From positions 10,478,001-10,542,000 of the forward strand of contig NC_091475.1 of the NCBI RefSeq assembly GCF_036971445.1: a stretch of DNA of 64,000 nt, written 5' to 3'. Positions 1-12,683 of this stretch are shown here, piece by piece. The position numbers were made by a program, and so were the translations under genes. Within the stretch, counting starts at the first letter, position 1. The number at the start of each line of letters is the position of its first letter. The stretch comes from Narcine bancroftii (Eukaryota). A model generated the notes under the pieces. The model was given only the letters and a program-made list of their open reading frames with translations, did not search any database and was not told where the DNA came from.

Positions 1-619
1 TTGTTATAAATGCTTCTTTTGGACAAGACATTAAGCCCTTTGCATCACTTGTCAAGTGAAGTTAAATAATTCCAAGGCGCTATTTCAAAGGGGAGCTGGA
101 GAGTTCTTTCCCCTCTGTCCTTTGTATTCTAAAAATAATTCATTCTTGGGAAGGGGCGTCTCTGGCCGTTAAACTTCGATCAAATATAAAGGCGAGTGCG
201 ACAACTAATGCAAGTACAACAAACGTTTATTAGCTTTGCAAAGCTGGTGCTGTGTTACATGAGAACGTGTGGGAGCCTGCAACAGGGTCTTACTGCAAGG
301 AAGCAGATGGGCACAAGCCTTTTTATATGGGTTTAGCTTCCCTTTTTTTTTTTTACAGCCTGTTCGCGACCATTCACATGGCCTGTAATCAATTGTATTT
401 TGCAAACTTCAGCAGAACATCTAGCAGGAGTTTTGAGAGCGGCATGGCCTTGATTCTCACATCTTGCAGCTGCAGTAGTAAAAGAAAACAATTTCTTTAA
501 CAATTAGTATTTCCCCCCCCATACAAATATTCTTTTTAAGACTTTTCTTGCTACTGAAATTTATAAAAAGAAGCAAATCTATATGATCTATGCTATAATC
601 TATCACGGTAAGGGCAATA

Positions 620-937
620 AGGGCTTAAAGGAATCACTTGGTGCCTGCCACATTGACCACCGCCAGTGGGCTGATATCGCCTCAAACCGTGCATCTTGGC
701 GCCTCACAGTTCGGCGGGCAGCAACCTCCTTTGAAGAAGACCGCAGAGCCCACCTCACTGAGAAAAGACAAAGGAGGAAAAACCCAACACCCAACCCACC
801 AATTTTCCATAGCAACCGCTCCAACCATGCCTGCCTGTCCTCCATCGGACTTGTCAGTCACCAACGAGCCTGCAGCTGACGTGGACATACCCCTCCATAA
901 ATCTTCGTTCGCGAAGCCAAGCCAAAGAAAGAAGAAG
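620..937 (+). mobile_element. 5'-truncated RTE-clade LINE 3' end
   Basis: C-terminal ORF LKESLGACHIDHRQWADIASNRASWR...SHQRACS and (GAA)n tail. 10-bp TSD aagggcaata at 610-619 and 938-947. Closely similar copy at 55912-56382. Confidence 0.85.
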
Positions 938-1108
938 AAGGGCAATATTAGTTGCCCATCCCTATTTGAACTTTATCTGAAATGAGGATAAAAATTGGAG
1001 TTGCAGATTATGTCATGATGACTGTTGTCCTTCCCCTGCTTAACATATGTAAACTAGATTGTGTTGTTTTGAAATATGTTAGTTTCATTATTTAGATTTA
1101 TTTAATTA

Positions 1109-2710
1109 CTGTATATTTTGGCGTAAAAGTTGACCGGCAGATGTTGGGTCCCCATTTTCAGCCTCATTTTAATGATTTTATCATATACTGGGTGTCAAAG
1201 TTGACCCCCAAAAATCGCCAGGACTTAACTGAGGGTGGTTGTTAAAATGGAGGCTCCAGCAAAATGACAAAAGTATGAAGTGAGTTTTAAGTTAAAAGTA
1301 ATGGAAATGGTCAAGAAATCCAGCACCTGTGTGTGCTGCAAGAAAATCTGATATACATGAGAGGCTGGTAAGAAATTGGAGAAAGATTTTAAGAAAAATA
1401 CCAAAACAGCAAAGTTGGTTTGCCAGAGTTGGAAAATCACGTTGCAGGATGGGTACTTGAACAGAGGCAAGATTGCTACACAGTCACGTGAAATAAAAAA
1501 ATTTGCGCTGAAAAGGGCAAAGTCGCACCCAGAACGCAGTAAAGATTTTGAGGCTACACTCGGCCGGTGCAACCATTTCGTGAATAGGAAAAATCTGGTA
1601 TTACGACAAAACAAACAAAAATTACTCAGAAACTACCAAAACATCTCGATCATAAAGTTTTAAGTTTTCATCAGCTTATAAATAATCATCAGTTTGCAAT
1701 TGGAAACATGGACGTAACCCCATAAATTTTGACATGATAGATGATAGAACAGTGGAATGGAAAGGAGTTAAAACTGCAAACCAGAAGTACAGGCAACGAA
1801 GGGACCAGGTTTACCGTAGTGTTATCGTGTATGGCCGACGGGATGAAGTTAAGAGCCATGGTAATTTTCATACGCAAAATTAAACTGAAAATAAAATTCC
1901 CAGCGGATATATTTGTATATTTTCATGAAAAAGGATGGGTGGATGAAAATGGTGTAAAACTATGGATAGACAATGTGTGGAACAGGCAGCCGGGCGGTTT
2001 ATGCAAGGAATGGAGTTTGCTGGTCTGGGATAAGTTTTATGGCCTCTTAACTGAGAACACTAAAAGTAGATTAGCATCACATAATACATACATGACAGTT
2101 ATCCCGGGTGGTTTGATGTCTGTTGCAACCCCACGATGTCTGCTTGAACAAGCCATTCAAAGTCCATGTGCATGGAGAATAGAATACATGGATGACAAGT
2201 GCAGAAAAATCATTCACAAAATGCGGGGCAATGCATGCTGCATCGCTTGAAGTACTGTGTGACTTTGTGCTCAAGGCATGGGACAAAGTTAAAGTAGAGA
2301 CTGTAATAAAATCATTTAAAAAGCGTAGTATCTCTTGTGCAATGGATGGTTGGAGGATGATTTATTGTGGGACACTGACAACGAAGCTGAAGCCACCTCA
2401 TCAGATACAGACTGGGACCCATATGATGACTGTTTAAACAGTGAGAGCGTGGATGTGCTTGCCACAATCCTTGCCTCAGACGATGATTTAGTAGCATGAA
2501 AATTTGTTGTAGTTGTTTGTTTTTGGTTTTTCAAGGGTTGAGGTACACCAAATCAGTTTTCAAGGGTCGACTTGTACGTTGAACTGACGTCAAGCATTTT
2601 TTTGAGTTGAATTTAAGGTCTCAAAAGTACATCCAGCGTACAAGTCCTCCCCCATTTTTTGAGAGATTTTAGAGGCTTTCAAGACTCAATTTGTACACTG
2701 AAATATACGG
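1109..2710 (+). mobile_element. Degenerate pogo-superfamily DNA transposon (POGK/Passer-like)
   Basis: TA-flanked imperfect TIRs (ctgtatattttggcgta / tacactgaaatatacgg). Frameshifted transposase: Brinker-like YEVSFKLKV, then DDE_1 segments RFTVVLSCMADG, KGWVDENG, LLVWD, VIPGG. Confidence 0.85.
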
Positions 2711-2885
2711 TACTTGAATTTAAAGTCCACAGCTGCTGTAATCAATAAAAGTGAATACGTCTAAATCTCTGAACACTGGACAAGTTACAAGGAGTAAAAA
2801 CAGATCATTATCTCTGCTCTTTGTGCAAATTGACTTAATTTCCTCATTGTAGAAATGATTGCTTCAAAAATTTTAATTGGCCTCA

Positions 2886-3574
2886 AAAGTAAATCACAAA
2901 ATTCTGTAGACACTGTGGTTGAAGTAAAAACACAAAATGCTGGAGGAGCTCAGCGGGTCAACAGGGTCCTTTATGTGGCAGAGGTAAAGATACAGAACTG
3001 ACGTTTTGGGCTTTAGCCCTTCATCAAGGTATGAGAACTGCCGGATGAAGTTGACAAGCCCATCACATGTGCATCAGGCAGCCCCAATGTAGTCATCTAT
3101 ATACTGACAGAAGAGTTGGGTGGAGGGGGTGTAGTTTTCCTGCGGTATATAGACGACTACATCGGGGCTGCACCTGCGATGAGCTTGTCAACTTCATCCA
3201 CTTTGTGTCCAACTTCCACCAGCAGATTGGAGGAACAACACCTTATTTCCCATCTGGGCACTCTCCAGCCACATGGCACGAACTTTACTGGTTTCCACTA
3301 AAACTGCTTGCCTTTTTTTCCCCTTCCTGTCTTTCCAGTTCTTTCACCCACACAGCCCTACCATTCCCCCCTCCTCTTCATTGTTGCTGGCCCTCCCTCC
3401 TTTCTCCACCTATCATCTCCTGTCTTTGCCACCCACCCCCCCCCCCAACCCTTCTGTTCAGACGCTAGCTGGCATTTTCTCATACCTTGATGAAGGATTT
3501 TTGCCCAAAACATCTTTGCCTTTGCTACACAAAGGACGCTCTTGGACCTGCTGAACTTCTCCAGCATTTTGTGT
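2886..3574. mobile_element. Penelope-like element (PLE) derivative with inverted terminal segments
   Basis: RT remnant FLRYIDDYIGA and GIY-YIG C-terminal remnant LEEQHLISHLGTLQP. Segment about 2925-3035 is inverted relative to about 3479-3577. 15-bp TSD ttttaattggcctca at 2871-2885 and 3575-3589. Confidence 0.75.
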
Positions 3575-4080
3575 TTTTAATTGGCCTCAGAATATTTGTG
3601 AATGCATGAATTACATTTTTTCTGTTTTGAATCCCATTGAACATCTTTGATCTAATTATTTGTTCGTGTGAAGTACTGACATCATCTGCCACTCTCTGTT
3701 TCCCTGATTTATCAATTGCCTCTATTATATTTATATATTTGGAAAATCAAGCGACAGTATTGCCCAGATGCCTCTGTGTGGTGGTTAATCTGACATTCAG
3801 CACAAAATGTTTGGTCCACTTTCAACCCTTATCCCACACAGTAGTCGTGAATTTGTTATGTGTCTAGTTTGGGATGAACCTGAGATAACATCAGATTGAT
3901 GCCAGTAATGCAATAACTCTGAGGGAATACTAACTTTCTGGTTGGGACTCAAATTGTTGAGCTAAAGACCCAATTCCTGGCACCAATCCTGATGACATAT
4001 TGCAGTGTTGTGCAGGGCTGATGTTCTGTGTTGTATTTTAGTCCCTCATTAATAATGATGATTTTTTTAAATATCTGCAG

Positions 4081-4238
4081 CTAAGAGAAGAGCGAAGGAA
4101 GCAGCCCAGATCCTTTTCATAACATTGTTGGCTGTTTTTGTGATAACATTGGGATGTTTTCTCATTGTGATATATTCATGCAGAACGGTCAAGTACCTAA
4201 TATATCCATCCTACAGACTCCCGATGCATATAAAAGAG
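4081..4238 (+). CDS. Class II cytokine receptor (IL10RB/IFNAR1/IFNGR2 group): transmembrane + Box1 exon (penultimate coding exon; ectodomain exons presumably upstream of the window)
   Basis: ctgcag acceptor ending at 4080 and GAG|gtttga donor. 158 nt, phase 1 to phase 0. Manual translation: KRRAKEAAQILFITLLAVFVITLGCFLIVIYSCRTVKYLIYPSYRLPMHIKE, a hydrophobic TM helix followed by a Box1-like KYxxxPxxxLPxHxKE. Not in the ORF track. Confidence 0.88.
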
Positions 4239-4439
4239 GTTTGACTAATCTTTTATCTCATTGGTTTATACTTTGGTCTTAAATTTGGTTGATGATGGTA
4301 ATTTCAGTTGAATGAGGTGTCATAAATAAATACACAAGATTACTTGCAAGGAAGTTCATGTCCTGAAATCTTACTCCAAGTCACCCTCCTGACCTGTTGC
4401 CAAGCATAAGCATTTTCAATTAGAAAACAGAATTATGGA

Positions 4440-7400
4440 TAAACCCTGAACTGCCTCCAAAGCCAGTATATCTTTCCTTAGGTGCGGTCTAACTAGTACC
4501 TTGTACAGTTGCAACATAACCTCCCTGCCCCTAAATTCAAACCACCTGGCAATGAAGGCCAATAATCCATTCACCTCTTGATGTCCTGCTGCACCTGCAA
4601 ACCAACCTTTTGTGATTCATGTACAAGCACGCCCAAGTCCTTCTGCACGGCAGCATACTGCAGTCGCTTGTCATTAAAATAATAATCTAATCTTCCACTT
4701 TTCCTTCCAAAGTGGATAACCTCACATTTACTAACATTGTACCCTATCAGCCGAACCCTTGCCAAGTCACTTAACCTCTCTGTATCTTCTGCACAATTTG
4801 CTTTTCCACTCAATTTAGTGTAATTGAGAAAATAAGATACACTATACTCTGTCCCCTCTTCTGGATCATCAATGTGTATCTTGAACACTTGCAGGCCTTG
4901 AACTGACCCTGTGACACTCCGCTCAGCATTGATTACCAACTAGTAAAACACACTTGTATCCCAACTTTCTGCTTTCTATTGGTTAACCAATCCTCTATTC
5001 ATGATAATACATCACCCCAAACTTTCCTCGTTCATCAAATATGACCTGCCTTTGGTGAATCCATGCGGCATCTACCATATGGATCTATTTCACTCCAGAT
5101 GCCTCGCTGTTTCTTCTATATTGATAGCTGCAAGCATTTTCCAAACCACAAATGTTAAACTCAGTGGGCTATAGTTCCCAGACTTTTGCCTACATCCTTT
5201 TTTTTAATAATGGCATGATATTCATTGTCTTCCAATCCGCAGGTAAATAATCACTAAAGCCTGCCATTTCTTTCAGTACCCTGGGATGCATTCCATCAGG
5301 TCCGGGGGACCTGTCTATCTTTAGAGCTACAAGTTTGCTCAGCATCACCTCTGTAGTGATAGCCATTACATCCAGGTCCTCACCTCCCATCTAATCCATA
5401 ATATCTGTCTTTGGCATGTTTGACATGTCCTCCACTGTGAAGACAGACACAAAACAGTCATTCAAAGCCTCAGCCATTTCCTCATTACCCAATATCAATT
5501 CCTCCTTCTCATCCTCCAAGGGACCATCCTTCACTTTAGCCACCCTTTTGTGCTTCATGTCATTATAAAAACTTTTACTGTCTGTTTTTATATTTTGTCC
5601 TAATCTTTTTTTATAATCTACCTTTTCTTTATTGAGCACTCTTGATTCTTTGTTGCTTTTTAAAGTTTTCCCAAACCTGGCGACTTGTATGCATGAGCTT
5701 TTAGTTTGACGCCTTCCTTTATTTCCTTTGTATTCCAAGTATGGCTGTTCCTGTCCTTGCTTTTCATTGGAATATACTTCTATTGAGCACAATGAAAAAT
5801 CTCTGAAAATCTTCCACTTTTCCTCAACCGTCCCTCCATATTGCCTGGATTCCTAGTCTGTCCCTCCAACTCCTCCTTCATCCATCTGTATGATAAACTT
5901 AATCATATTCTGATCACTCTTTCCAAGAAGGTCCCTAACTACAAGATCACTTATTTTACCCGTCCGATTGCACAGGGACCAGATCGAAGAAAACATGTTC
6001 CCTTGTAGGTTCAGTAACATGCCGTTCAAGAAAGACATCCCATATTCATTCTATGAAGTTCTCCTCAAGGTTGCCTCGACCAACCTGATTGACCCAGTCT
6101 ACATGCATGTTAAGTCCCCACAATAACTGTTGTTCCATCCTTACATGCCTCTAATATTTCTTGGTTTATTGCCTGTGCCCCTGTAATGTGATTGTTAGGT
6201 GGCCTAAAAAAAACTCCATTCAGTGATTTTTATTTTCCTCCTCTACTCTTCCTCATCTCTACCCAGATGGACTCCATTTTGCTCCATAGATCTTGCATCA
6301 TCTCTCACTATTGCCCTTATCTCATCTTTAACTAAGAGCACTACCCCCACCTCCCTTGCCTTCCTGCCTGGTCTTCCTTATTAACAGATATCCTTGGATA
6401 TTTATTTTCCAATCCTTTCCACTTTATACTGATTTATGCTCCAATTTCACTGACTTTGTTTTGAATGCTATGGCATTCAGATAAAGTGCCCTCTAATATG
6501 CATTGCTATTTAAAAAATTTGGTCATCTTTGTCTCTTTTGCACTTGACATTTATCCCCTGAACTCTTTATCCACATTCTTCTCTTTTACTTTATCTACCC
6601 CTTCCAGTCTGTTAAACCCACCACCTTACTATTTAGTTTGGCATCCTAGTCATGAGCCAGATACCATCATGGTTCAGATGGATCCATCCCTGTTGGACAG
6701 TTCCTTCCTTCCCCTCATCATGGTGCCAGTTTCCCATGAATTGGAACCTACTTCTCCCACACCAAACCTTGAGCCATGCATTTAACTCTCTAATCTTCTG
6801 GGCTGTGTGGCAATTTGCACGTGGCTCAGGTAATAATTCAGTGATTACCACCTTTTTGGTTCTACTTTTTAAAATTTTGTCCCTTACTCCTCAAATTCCC
6901 TCAGTGGTACCTGTTTCCTGGTTCTACCTTCGTTAATGGTACCCACATGGACCACAACTGAATCTTTCACCTCCAACTGCAAATTCCTCTGTGGGTCAGA
7001 TAAGATGTCCTGAACCTGGGCACCAGACAGGCAACACAGCCTTTGGGATGCTCTCTCCTTATGATAGAGAACTTTGTCTGTTCCCCTAACTATACTATCT
7101 TGAATGGCTTCCTGAACCAGGGTGCCAAGTTAGAGTGCTTGTCCTTTCCACACTCCCGAGCCTTATCCTCACAAGGAGTAAGAATCTCAGACTTGTGAGA
7201 CGAGGGCTGAGGCTCCTCTAGAACTGTCTCTTGGATCCCACTACCTGCCTCACTTGTCCCTGACCCAGGCCAGATTTGAGGCAACTATTCTAATGGGTGT
7301 GACTGCCTCCTGAAGCCAAGTGTCCAGGTACCTCTACCCTTAATGTGTCGCAGTGTTTGAAGCTCAGATTCCAGGTTATCAATTTTGAGCCTGAATTTCT

Positions 7401-7610
7401 CAAGCATTCAACACTTGTATTCATCATGAACCACAATGGAGGTCCACCTGCTCCCACATCATGCAACCTCCACACACCTGGTCCTGCATGACTACTTTAA
7501 TTACCTCTCATTTGGTGACTTTTATACATCCACTGCTCCTCACCTGTGCCTCCTCAACAAAGCCTTGAGCCAAAACCTTACCACTCTGACTCAGACCCCT
7601 CCAACGATGG
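4440..7610 (-). mobile_element. Degenerate CR1 LINE (ORF1 esterase, endonuclease and RT fragments, internally deleted)
   Basis: ORF fragments ELLPEPRA...ELNAWLKVWC (esterase-like ORF1), SPGPDGMHPRVLKE, KCEVIHFG and DLGVLVHES. Confidence 0.85.
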
Positions 7611-7704
7611 CCTCACGGATCCTTACTTTTAAATACTTTCTGCTCATTTAACACAAATCACTTAATCACACCTCCATCAATCCTTGTTTGCTTGCTCCAA
7701 AAGA

Positions 7705-8030
7705 TTTTTAATACCTCTCCCTGATCTCATTTCTTCCATCCCCCCTTTTGGCGAATACCTATGCACAGTACTCGTTCAGTATCACACACACCGACTTCCT
7801 CTAAATCCAGGCATAAATTCCCTCCTTTGTCCTTGAGTGGTCCTATCTTCTCCCCAGTTATCATGTAAAATGTCTCGGAGTTATCCTTAATATTACACAC
7901 CAAGGACATTTCATGCCTCCTTTTTGCCTGCCTGATTTGCTGTTTCTTTCTTCCTTCCTTTATTTTCCTCAAAGGCCCAATCTGATTTCAGCTTCTGAAA
8001 ACCTTGCACGTGCTTCCTTTTTTTGGCTAA
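7705..8030 (-). mobile_element. CR1 LINE ORF2 fragment
   Basis: IRQAKRRHE...IGPLKDKGGNLC in ORF 7727..7972. Confidence 0.7.
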
Positions 8031-8288
8031 ATTTAAGAGAATATCCAAACTGCTGGAAAGCTGCAAGCAATCTGCTTTGATCCTTTCAAGTGATGAAGTG
8101 CTACAGAGATGTATTAAAACTGGAAATTAGGGCTATTATCTGGCTTGGTAGCAATAAACTGCAAATAATGCTATGAGAGATAAAATTTATTTAGTGTATT
8201 TTTAATTAAATGTCCAAAATTAATTCAATATTTGCATTAACATGAAGATTATAGTGTATAAATGTAATTAATTGTGTTTCTTTTTCAG

Positions 8289-8585
8289 TACTTGACTGAG
8301 CCATCCCAACACCCTGGTTTACCAGTGCTGCATAAAAATGATCTTCAGGAAGATCATTGGGACAAACTGTCCATCGTGTCACGGTCAGAAATTACATCAG
8401 GTCTATTAAATTCAACAAAAGCCGATGAAACAAAGATGGACCAAGATATAAGCGAGTCTGTCACAAAGGCCCCTAATGAAAGGCAAAGCAGTGACTCAAG
8501 TGTAGATTCTGGACATTATTCAGATAGTACACAAGGTTCATTCCATAAAAACTCACAGAACATTGATGATGCATTGAAAACATAG
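8289..8585 (+). CDS. Same class II cytokine receptor: terminal coding exon (cytoplasmic tail, 98 aa + stop)
   Basis: Pyrimidine tract tgtttctttttcag then TAC, phase 0, in frame with the previous exon. Encodes YLTEPSQHP...EDHWDKLSIVS...SSDSSVDSGHYS...DDALKT*. Lies next to TMEM50B like the human IFNAR2-IL10RB-IFNAR1-IFNGR2 cluster. Exact orthologue not resolved. Confidence 0.88.
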   Translation, partial: YLTEPSQHPGLPVLHKNDLQEDHWDKLSIVSRSEITSGLLNSTKADETKMDQDISESVTKAPNERQSSDSSVDSGHYSDSTQGSFHKNSQNIDDALKT

Positions 8586-9453
8586 GATTGAAAAATGTGT
8601 GGTGGATCACCATGAATATTCACTTTACCTCCTGATTGTGGTGTACTAGATGCACAGACTTGCATTGAAGGAAATATAATTCAACACTGTTGTATTCACA
8701 ATGTTTTCACTGCACAATAGAGCATTTCTGAATTACATTTGGACTACAAACATTTTGAGTAGTTGGACTGCTGAAGGACTTGCTTAGTCAAGCCTCTGAT
8801 ATGCTATATCTGAAAGTAATTGGAATTTGAAAGTATTTGGCTTCAAGATTTATATTCTGTTGCAGAGAAAGACTTGACTTGGTTGTCCAAAATATTTTTC
8901 AAACTGAAATGGAAAAACACGGTCTCTGCTAATGTGGTAACAGTCCTGATTGGGCTACAGTTTCATTCAATGTACAAAAAAAGGTCCTTGCTCACTTTTG
9001 AACTGTGTGATTCAGTATAAACATGAAAATTACTGAATGTTTCGATATTGTGGGAAAATTGACAGTAAGGAGCTTGTGTTCACCCATAACAGTCCATGAA
9101 ATATGCCTGTTCTGATATAGGATTGAGAAGTATATTCCTGGAAAATGACATTGTTGAGTGTTCCTTCCTGGCTATAAATGTTTATTCCTTTGATACTTGA
9201 TGGGTATGGTATTTGCATTTCATAGTTATGCTACAAAGATAGGAAAAGATAACATCGTTAATTAAAGTGTCTTGGTCACGAGAAGAGGATATTTGTTTAT
9301 TTACTTGGTCTTGTTCTCCAAGTCTGTGATCTACTGAATTTTTATTGATGCCAAGTTTTGAAGCAGTAGTGATTCATTTGTAACTATAACCTTACCGGAT
9401 GTGGTAAATGTGGGCTCATTCTTAAGTTTTAAAAATAAATCGGATAGATGGAT

Positions 9454-10580
9454 GGGGGCATGGCAAGATGGCGTAGAGGGCAGACGTGCAATCCTACTCC
9501 TCCTCAGCCAGTTTTTTTAAGCACCTGTCTTTAAACTCTATCCAAGTAAATAAAAGTTGTAATTTTATTTTTGGGAACATTACTGGATCACAATGGTGAC
9601 TAATGTTAAAAAAAAAATGAAAGCTCAATTACAGAAGAAATTACCTTATAAAAATGCTGAAGAATTGAGGTCTACCTGTCCAGTTGAAGCCACGGAATTG
9701 TCATTTGGAACCTTCAAGGCACAGAGAACTCCTGCCAGGCTGAGTATTACACCGGCACCGACCTTGTCTCCACAAGATGGCCCCGGCATGTTGACGAGCT
9801 TGTCTGGAGTTGATTCGCGCGTTTGCGATGTCGGACACGCAGGCGACCTAGCTGAGAGAAGAGCCCTTGAGCCTGGGCTGCCGTTGGGTGAACCAGAATG
9901 CGTTGGAAACTGCCTCTGTGCAGTCCCTAGCCTTGCCGGGCATGCGTGGTGCCTCCAGGGTCTGTGAACTACTGGGCTGTGTGGGGGCCCGAGTGGCAGT
10001 GTTGGGTGTGCAAACCCGCAGCCACACCAGGAAGGGCCTGTCAATGTTGGAAGAAGACTTACCCTTAACGAGCAGTTCACAGGAACAATTGGAGGTGGAG
10101 TCTAGAGAAGGTCGGCCTCAAGATGTGGAACTGAAACGTGGAATGGAGCCTGTTTGTACAGTTTTGGAAGGGATTGCTTATAATATGGACAATATGTCTA
10201 TACAAATGACTCAAGTATTTCTGGATGTGACAACTAAAATATCTAATAAGTCTGAAGATATATCTACACTTAAGAGGGAAGTCAGTAAATGTTTTAAATC
10301 GATGGATACAGTGCAAGAAAATTTAAAAATTGCAACAGCTTTTTCTGAATGTAAAATTCAAGTTGTACTTAAGGAAAAAAATAGAGGAAGTGGAAGATTC
10401 GTTTGTGGATTGGGGAATCCAGAAGAAAGACTTACTGACCAAAATTGATTCATTGGAAAATCAAAGTTGGAGAAACAATGTGAAAATTGTGGGTCTTCCA
10501 GAAGACGATGAAGGGTCTGTCTGATCCAATAAAATTTTTCAAGAGTTGGATTCCTTTAAGGGGATTAGGGTTGGATAAAT
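9454..10580 (+). mobile_element. L1-clade LINE 5' portion (5'UTR and broken ORF1)
   Basis: Begins gggggcatggcaagatggcg. ORF1 motif KIDSLENQSWRNNVKIVGLPEDDEG. Homologous to the - strand L1 at 12684-17887. Confidence 0.8.
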
Positions 10581-11687
10581 TTCAAATTGCATTTATATAT
10601 TTATAAATTATAAGTGGTTACCATTTTTGGAATATATGCATTTAGATATATTTTGATTTATTATATACTTTTAGTTTCTGTTTATATATTTTTTAGCTCC
10701 TTAAGAGAGTTGGCTGATGGGGTGGGGACAATTTTCTTTTTAGAAAAAAAATACTGGAAGGTTATTATGGAATGGGTGCAGGTCAGTGGGACTTGCAGTA
10801 TGATGTTTTCAGCACAGACTAGAAGGGCCAAATGGCTTGTTTTCTGTGCTGTAGAGTTCTATGGTTCTAACACTTAAAGCAGGAAATGGACTGTGAGTGG
10901 TTTTATTGGCTTAATAGGATAAACATAATATCACCGCATTGCACAAATTTATTTGATGTTTACATTGGGTTTTGCATATTGTAAACATAGTTAAACTTAA
11001 TAGTTTGTTTAAGATTAGTTTATTGTAATAAAACCAAAAAATGTGATATTACAAGAAATTTCCTTTAGTCTGCTGTAAGGCAGACAAAGATTCACCATTG
11101 GTACATATTGCCCAGCCTAAGAAAGAGAAGCAAAAGACAGGCATGGAATATCCTTGGCTTCACCTCCAGTCTCCACAGCCACAGAGCATCATCATTCAAA
11201 CTACTAAGATTATTTAGAGAGTTATCAATTAACATAGAAAATAGACTTCTATGTAACTCCAGTTTACAAATTAATAAAATGAACAGCCATTGAAGTAATG
11301 AATAATCTTTGGCAAAGTGTCCAGTAATTTGCCAAGTCTAATTCCATTATTGCTGAAGGTAAATTTTTCTGCATCTAAACTGCATCAATGCTCCTGATCA
11401 ATAATTATATGATGCATAGAAGTTTTAGGTTAATAATTGCAAACTTCTTTTACTACTTCTGTTTTGATGTGTGAGCTGTTTAAAATACAATATTTTACCA
11501 GATTTTTCTGTTGTCTTTTTATGAATGTGAAATTATCTTTGAAACTAAAAATAAAATGCTTTCCAGTTAATTGTTATACAAATTCTGGATCTTCACTGGA
11601 TCTTGTGTTGGACTAGTATTAATGACATTTGCCAAATGCAATCCAGAAGAAAGAGCATCAAAATAGTGCTCGTTCCAGATAGTAACA

Positions 11688-12008
11688 CAGTAAAAGTCCT
11701 AAATTTTGGACTGCTCAGGGTCGGTCCGGATTCTCTGGCAATATTTTTAAAATTCACATTTAAAGAGAATAAACAGTTAATGCCAATTTTAACAATTTAT
11801 TAGCAGAATATTTTTTCATATAAAAATACAAAGTACAAAAAACAAATACAGTAAATATTTTTTCTTACACTCTGCGATTTCCACGTGGTCACTTGTTGAT
11901 GCTGTACATCTATGGCACTTATGCACGTACTCAAAAGCCAAGAATTTAAGACATCCAGATTATCGGGTTGTCCGGATTTCTGGCATCTGGATTTTTGGAC
12001 TTTTACTG
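11688..12008. mobile_element. Tc1/mariner-Tigger-type MITE
   Basis: 12-bp TIR cagtaaaagtcc / ggacttttactg. Confidence 0.6.
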
Positions 12009-12683
12009 AACAGAAATATTACTAATTTTTAAACTCTTTCTTGATTTCTATTGTTCAATATGCATACATATGAATTTTTGGATTTATGTGTAAACTTGAA
12101 AAAATTGGACCATCCACTAACTCAAAGAAAGTGGACTCCAGATAACTAGTTATGGATGTCTATCTATCTTGTGTTGTAGATATCTGGAAGAATCATGAAG
12201 TGTTATGGTCTGGAACATTGACCATCTATAGCTTTCCATGCATGCTGTCTCACTGAGGTAATTTGTATTTGCTTATTAAGTTACCATTAGGCTATTGTTT
12301 TGGGTGAAGTCTTTTCATTGACACAAGTCAAAGATCTCCTGGATTTAGAATAGAATTGAACAGATAACACAAATCCAGTTCAAGCTGAGTGAACAGGCAG
12401 GCAGACAATGGGATACAGAGGCTTGGTCTTTGCCAGTGGCATTGACATTTTATAGAGTGTGCACTAAAGTGGATTAGCTTGCATTTTTTCCTATATTGTC
12501 ATTATAACTGCTGGGTTCCCTTGAACTGTTGTTCCGATCCCACTTATGTCACAGGACAATTTAAAACTCTGGGTAAACTTTGAGGTGGTGGAATTCAAAA
12601 TAGAGAACGGCGAGCTCATCCACTTTGGATTCACATTTTGAGTCACTTTTAAATTAGTCTACAATAAACAGTTGTAGAGTGTT

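Noticed and set aside
252-500. ORF containing WEPATGSYC as a possible FNIII exon of the receptor
   Set aside because: Spacing does not fit the LxPxTxYC motif, there are no convincing splice sites, and it runs through a poly-T tract.
4081-8585. Assigning the symbol IFNGR2, IL10RB or IFNAR1
   Set aside because: Synteny and motifs point to different paralogues, and the ectodomain exons were not found in the window.
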